Assembly (NCBI RefSeq): GCF_036321535.1
Contig: NC_087436.1
Location: 119,042,001-119,106,000, forward strand
Length of the DNA stretch: 64,000 nucleotides
Reading direction: 5' to 3'
DNA from: Camelus dromedarius
Taxonomy: Eukaryota
In this document: positions 61,914 to 64,000 of the stretch, one piece after another
Layout: every line of letters begins with the position of its first letter
Position numbering within the stretch: position 1 is the stretch's first letter
Notes under the pieces: model-generated
Database searches by the model: none
Told to the model about the DNA's origin: nothing
What the model saw: only the letters and a program-made list of their open reading frames with translations
Translations under genes and position numbers: made by a program

Positions 61914-62224
61914 CAGGGGCATGCTGATCGGTGCCTAAACACAAAATTCTGTGGCCTCAGGACACGTGGGAGCACAGTGACACTCAAACTGACACAAGGT
62001 AAGCATGTTACGGAAGCCTCAGCAGGAGCAGTGGAATCGCTTTTCACACGTGTCACCTCTGCCCACACGTGTGCTCCACTGTCCCGTCAGATGTCTCACA
62101 AACACGGTTCAAAGATAAAATTATTAACAGTTTCAAGACAGGGAGAGCAGAGCTTTAAACCAAGCTTGGGGTCCTTCCAAGTACAGGGCCTTCATGGGTT
62201 GCACACCCACGAAACCCGCCCTAT
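61914..62224. mobile_element. hAT-Tip100 family element (MER91/MER115-like)
   Basis: cacaaacacggttcaaagataaaattattaacagtttcaagac...agcagagctttaaaccaagc...gcacacccacgaaacccgcccta. Confidence 0.6.
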
Positions 62225-63149
62225 AGCAAAGCACGGGAAAATTCTCATAACCTCATGCTTAATGAGAAAAGTACCCTCCAAAGTTGTTCATATAGATAGT
62301 TACAATTTTTATTAAAAACAGACATGGGCATTAAAAAAGACTGTAAGGAGCTACTGCAAATGGCTAAAAACACGTATCTAGAGACTGTTCTTTCCTCTTC
62401 ACCTGCATTATTAATCTGCAATCCTCCCCCTTAAGCCACAGCATTTCAGGCAGCCACACTTCTGGGTCTCAAGACCTAAAACACCTCGTATAGAAACATC
62501 CCTTAGCTCTGCTGGCTTTAAGGATAAAACCCCAAAGCTGTAGCAAGTAAAAACAACCGGGAGATGATGTGGAAACATTTTATTAGCATTTAATTTCCAT
62601 CTTGCAGAAAGAAAATGAGAAAACCCTACTGTGTGACTGCACCAGCCTTTAAGTGGGGATTGATACCTCAGGACGCAGGGCTGGCCTACAGGCAGTTTGG
62701 GGAAACTGATAACAACAGTAACCCTTGCCCAAGGGCGGACCTTTGGAGTCCTCATGGCCTTTGCTCCTTAGAGCTTTGTGACAACCCAGGGCAGGGAGCA
62801 ATGCAGGATCCCTGAGAATCAGGAGGCGATGTGCCTTAACAGAGGACACCTATCGGTGTCCCATCGCAGCCTCCTTACCTGCCACAACGTCTGAAACAGA
62901 GACAACGTGGGGTCATGAAACCCCAGGAAAGCACATGGAAGGGACAGTCCTAAGCAGAAGCAAAAGGAACAAAGATTTCAAAAACCAAAGGCTGCCTCTC
63001 CCACTCTCCCTCTGGGCTGGTTTAGGTCTCTGACGCATCTAACCTACCCTCTCAGCCCAACCTCCCAGGGGCGGAGATGGAGTTGGGTTACCAGCCTAAA
63101 GGCAGTCCTAAGGGCTAGTCTAACTCTAACCCCTAAAGAATGGGCATTG

Positions 63150-63390
63150 TTATTTATGGACAATATTTATTAAGTACTGACTGTGCCCCAGGCCCTGGGC
63201 TGGGCACGATCACACACACCAAGCCATTTAATGCCACGAGTTCACTGGGAGTGCTCCATTCACGACGCACGGTGGGGAGTCCACAGAAAAGATGCGCCAG
63301 CATCAAACAACTGCACATCCCTCGTTCCAAGCGATCTAAGCAACAACCTGGAGAAGAAACTGAGGCTCAGACAGAGCTGCCCAGGATCAC
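63150..63390 (-). mobile_element. MIR SINE (fragmented)
   Basis: atttattaagtactgactgtgccccagg...gaagaaactgaggctcagacagagctgcccaggatcacagc. Confidence 0.6.
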
Positions 63391-63864
63391 AGCCCCAGAG
63401 CAGACCCCACCGGAAACACAAGACTCCCGATCTTGGGATACCTCTTCTGGCTGGAAACGCCTCCTCACTGGGGCCAAGGCGGGGAAACCAAACTGCAGCT
63501 CTGACATGTGTGCATAAAAGAGATCACAGAGGATTTCTAAAACAGACAGCAAACAAATCACCACCCCTCCTGGTTTTATGTATCTCGTATTCTGGTCATG
63601 AGAGACAGGGCAGCCTTTCTGTCTTCCCAATCACCAGAAACGGCCGTGGGAGTCAGGGTGCAACTGGCTTCAAGGAGCAGAGACTTGGCTTAAAGTCTGA
63701 AACACTGAGTAAATGCAGCAGCTCATGGAACCAGAGCACAGAGATGGGGTGGATGCCAGGCCTGGTTAATCCAGGAGTCACAGATGTCACTAATGTCCCC
63801 AGTTCTCACTCATCATCTGCTCTGCCAGCAACAGTGTTGTTGCTTAAGACCTGCTCCCTCCAAA

Positions 63865-64000
63865 CTCTAATTTGAAAAGATACCTGCACCCCAATGTTCA
63901 CAGCAGCACTATTTACAACAGCCAAGACGTGGAAGCAACATAAATGTCCACTGACAGATGACTAGATAAAGAAGATGCGGTGTATACGTACAATGGAATA
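63865..64000 (+). mobile_element. Young L1, ORF2 C-terminal region (continues beyond window)
   Basis: aaagatacctgcaccccaatgttcacagcagcactatttacaacagccaagacgtggaagcaacataaatgtccactgacagatgactagataaagaagatg. Confidence 0.92.

Noticed and set aside
63115..63138. Telomere-like ctaactctaacccctaa
   Set aside because: Too short and degenerate to call an interstitial telomeric repeat.
145..63875. All ORFs in the six-frame track, including the longest (5370-6008, 38471-39124, 63183-63875)
   Set aside because: They are Pro/Gly/Ser/Arg-rich translations expected from GC-rich non-coding DNA. Many start at non-ATG codons, overlap repeats or each other on both strands, and show no recognisable domain.
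1..64000. CRISPR arrays, operons, rRNA or other prokaryotic/viral systems; naming a host gene
   Set aside because: The sequence is mammalian with no repeat-spacer array or gene-dense segment, and no exon was recognised that would justify a gene symbol.

Overview
This is eutherian mammal genomic DNA, most likely a camelid (camel/alpaca/llama lineage). The lineage call rests on three tRNA-Ala(AGC)-derived Vic-1-like SINEs and on cetartiodactyl-type L1 3' ends. The window is fairly GC-rich and appears entirely non-coding (a large intron or intergenic region). None of the six-frame ORFs resembles a protein I recognise, and I cannot name a host gene. It is a mosaic of ancient repeats (many MIR and L2, L3/CR1, L1M, MLT1/MLT2/ERVL LTRs, hAT and Tigger DNA transposons) plus a few younger lineage-specific SINE/L1 insertions with target-site duplications. 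Between the repeats lie several non-repetitive, AT-richer blocks dense in TAAT/TAATTA, octamer and SOX-like motifs, which look like conserved non-coding enhancers. The most notable sequence-level oddities are: a ~277-bp near-identical copy pasted 1.2 kb downstream into an LTR; an apparent poly(A)-only retro-insertion scar; an L1 with a reversed tail and a fold-back 5' junction; and a few candidate short exons. I found no convincing new biological system. Repeat subfamily names are from recall, and most repeat boundaries are approximate.
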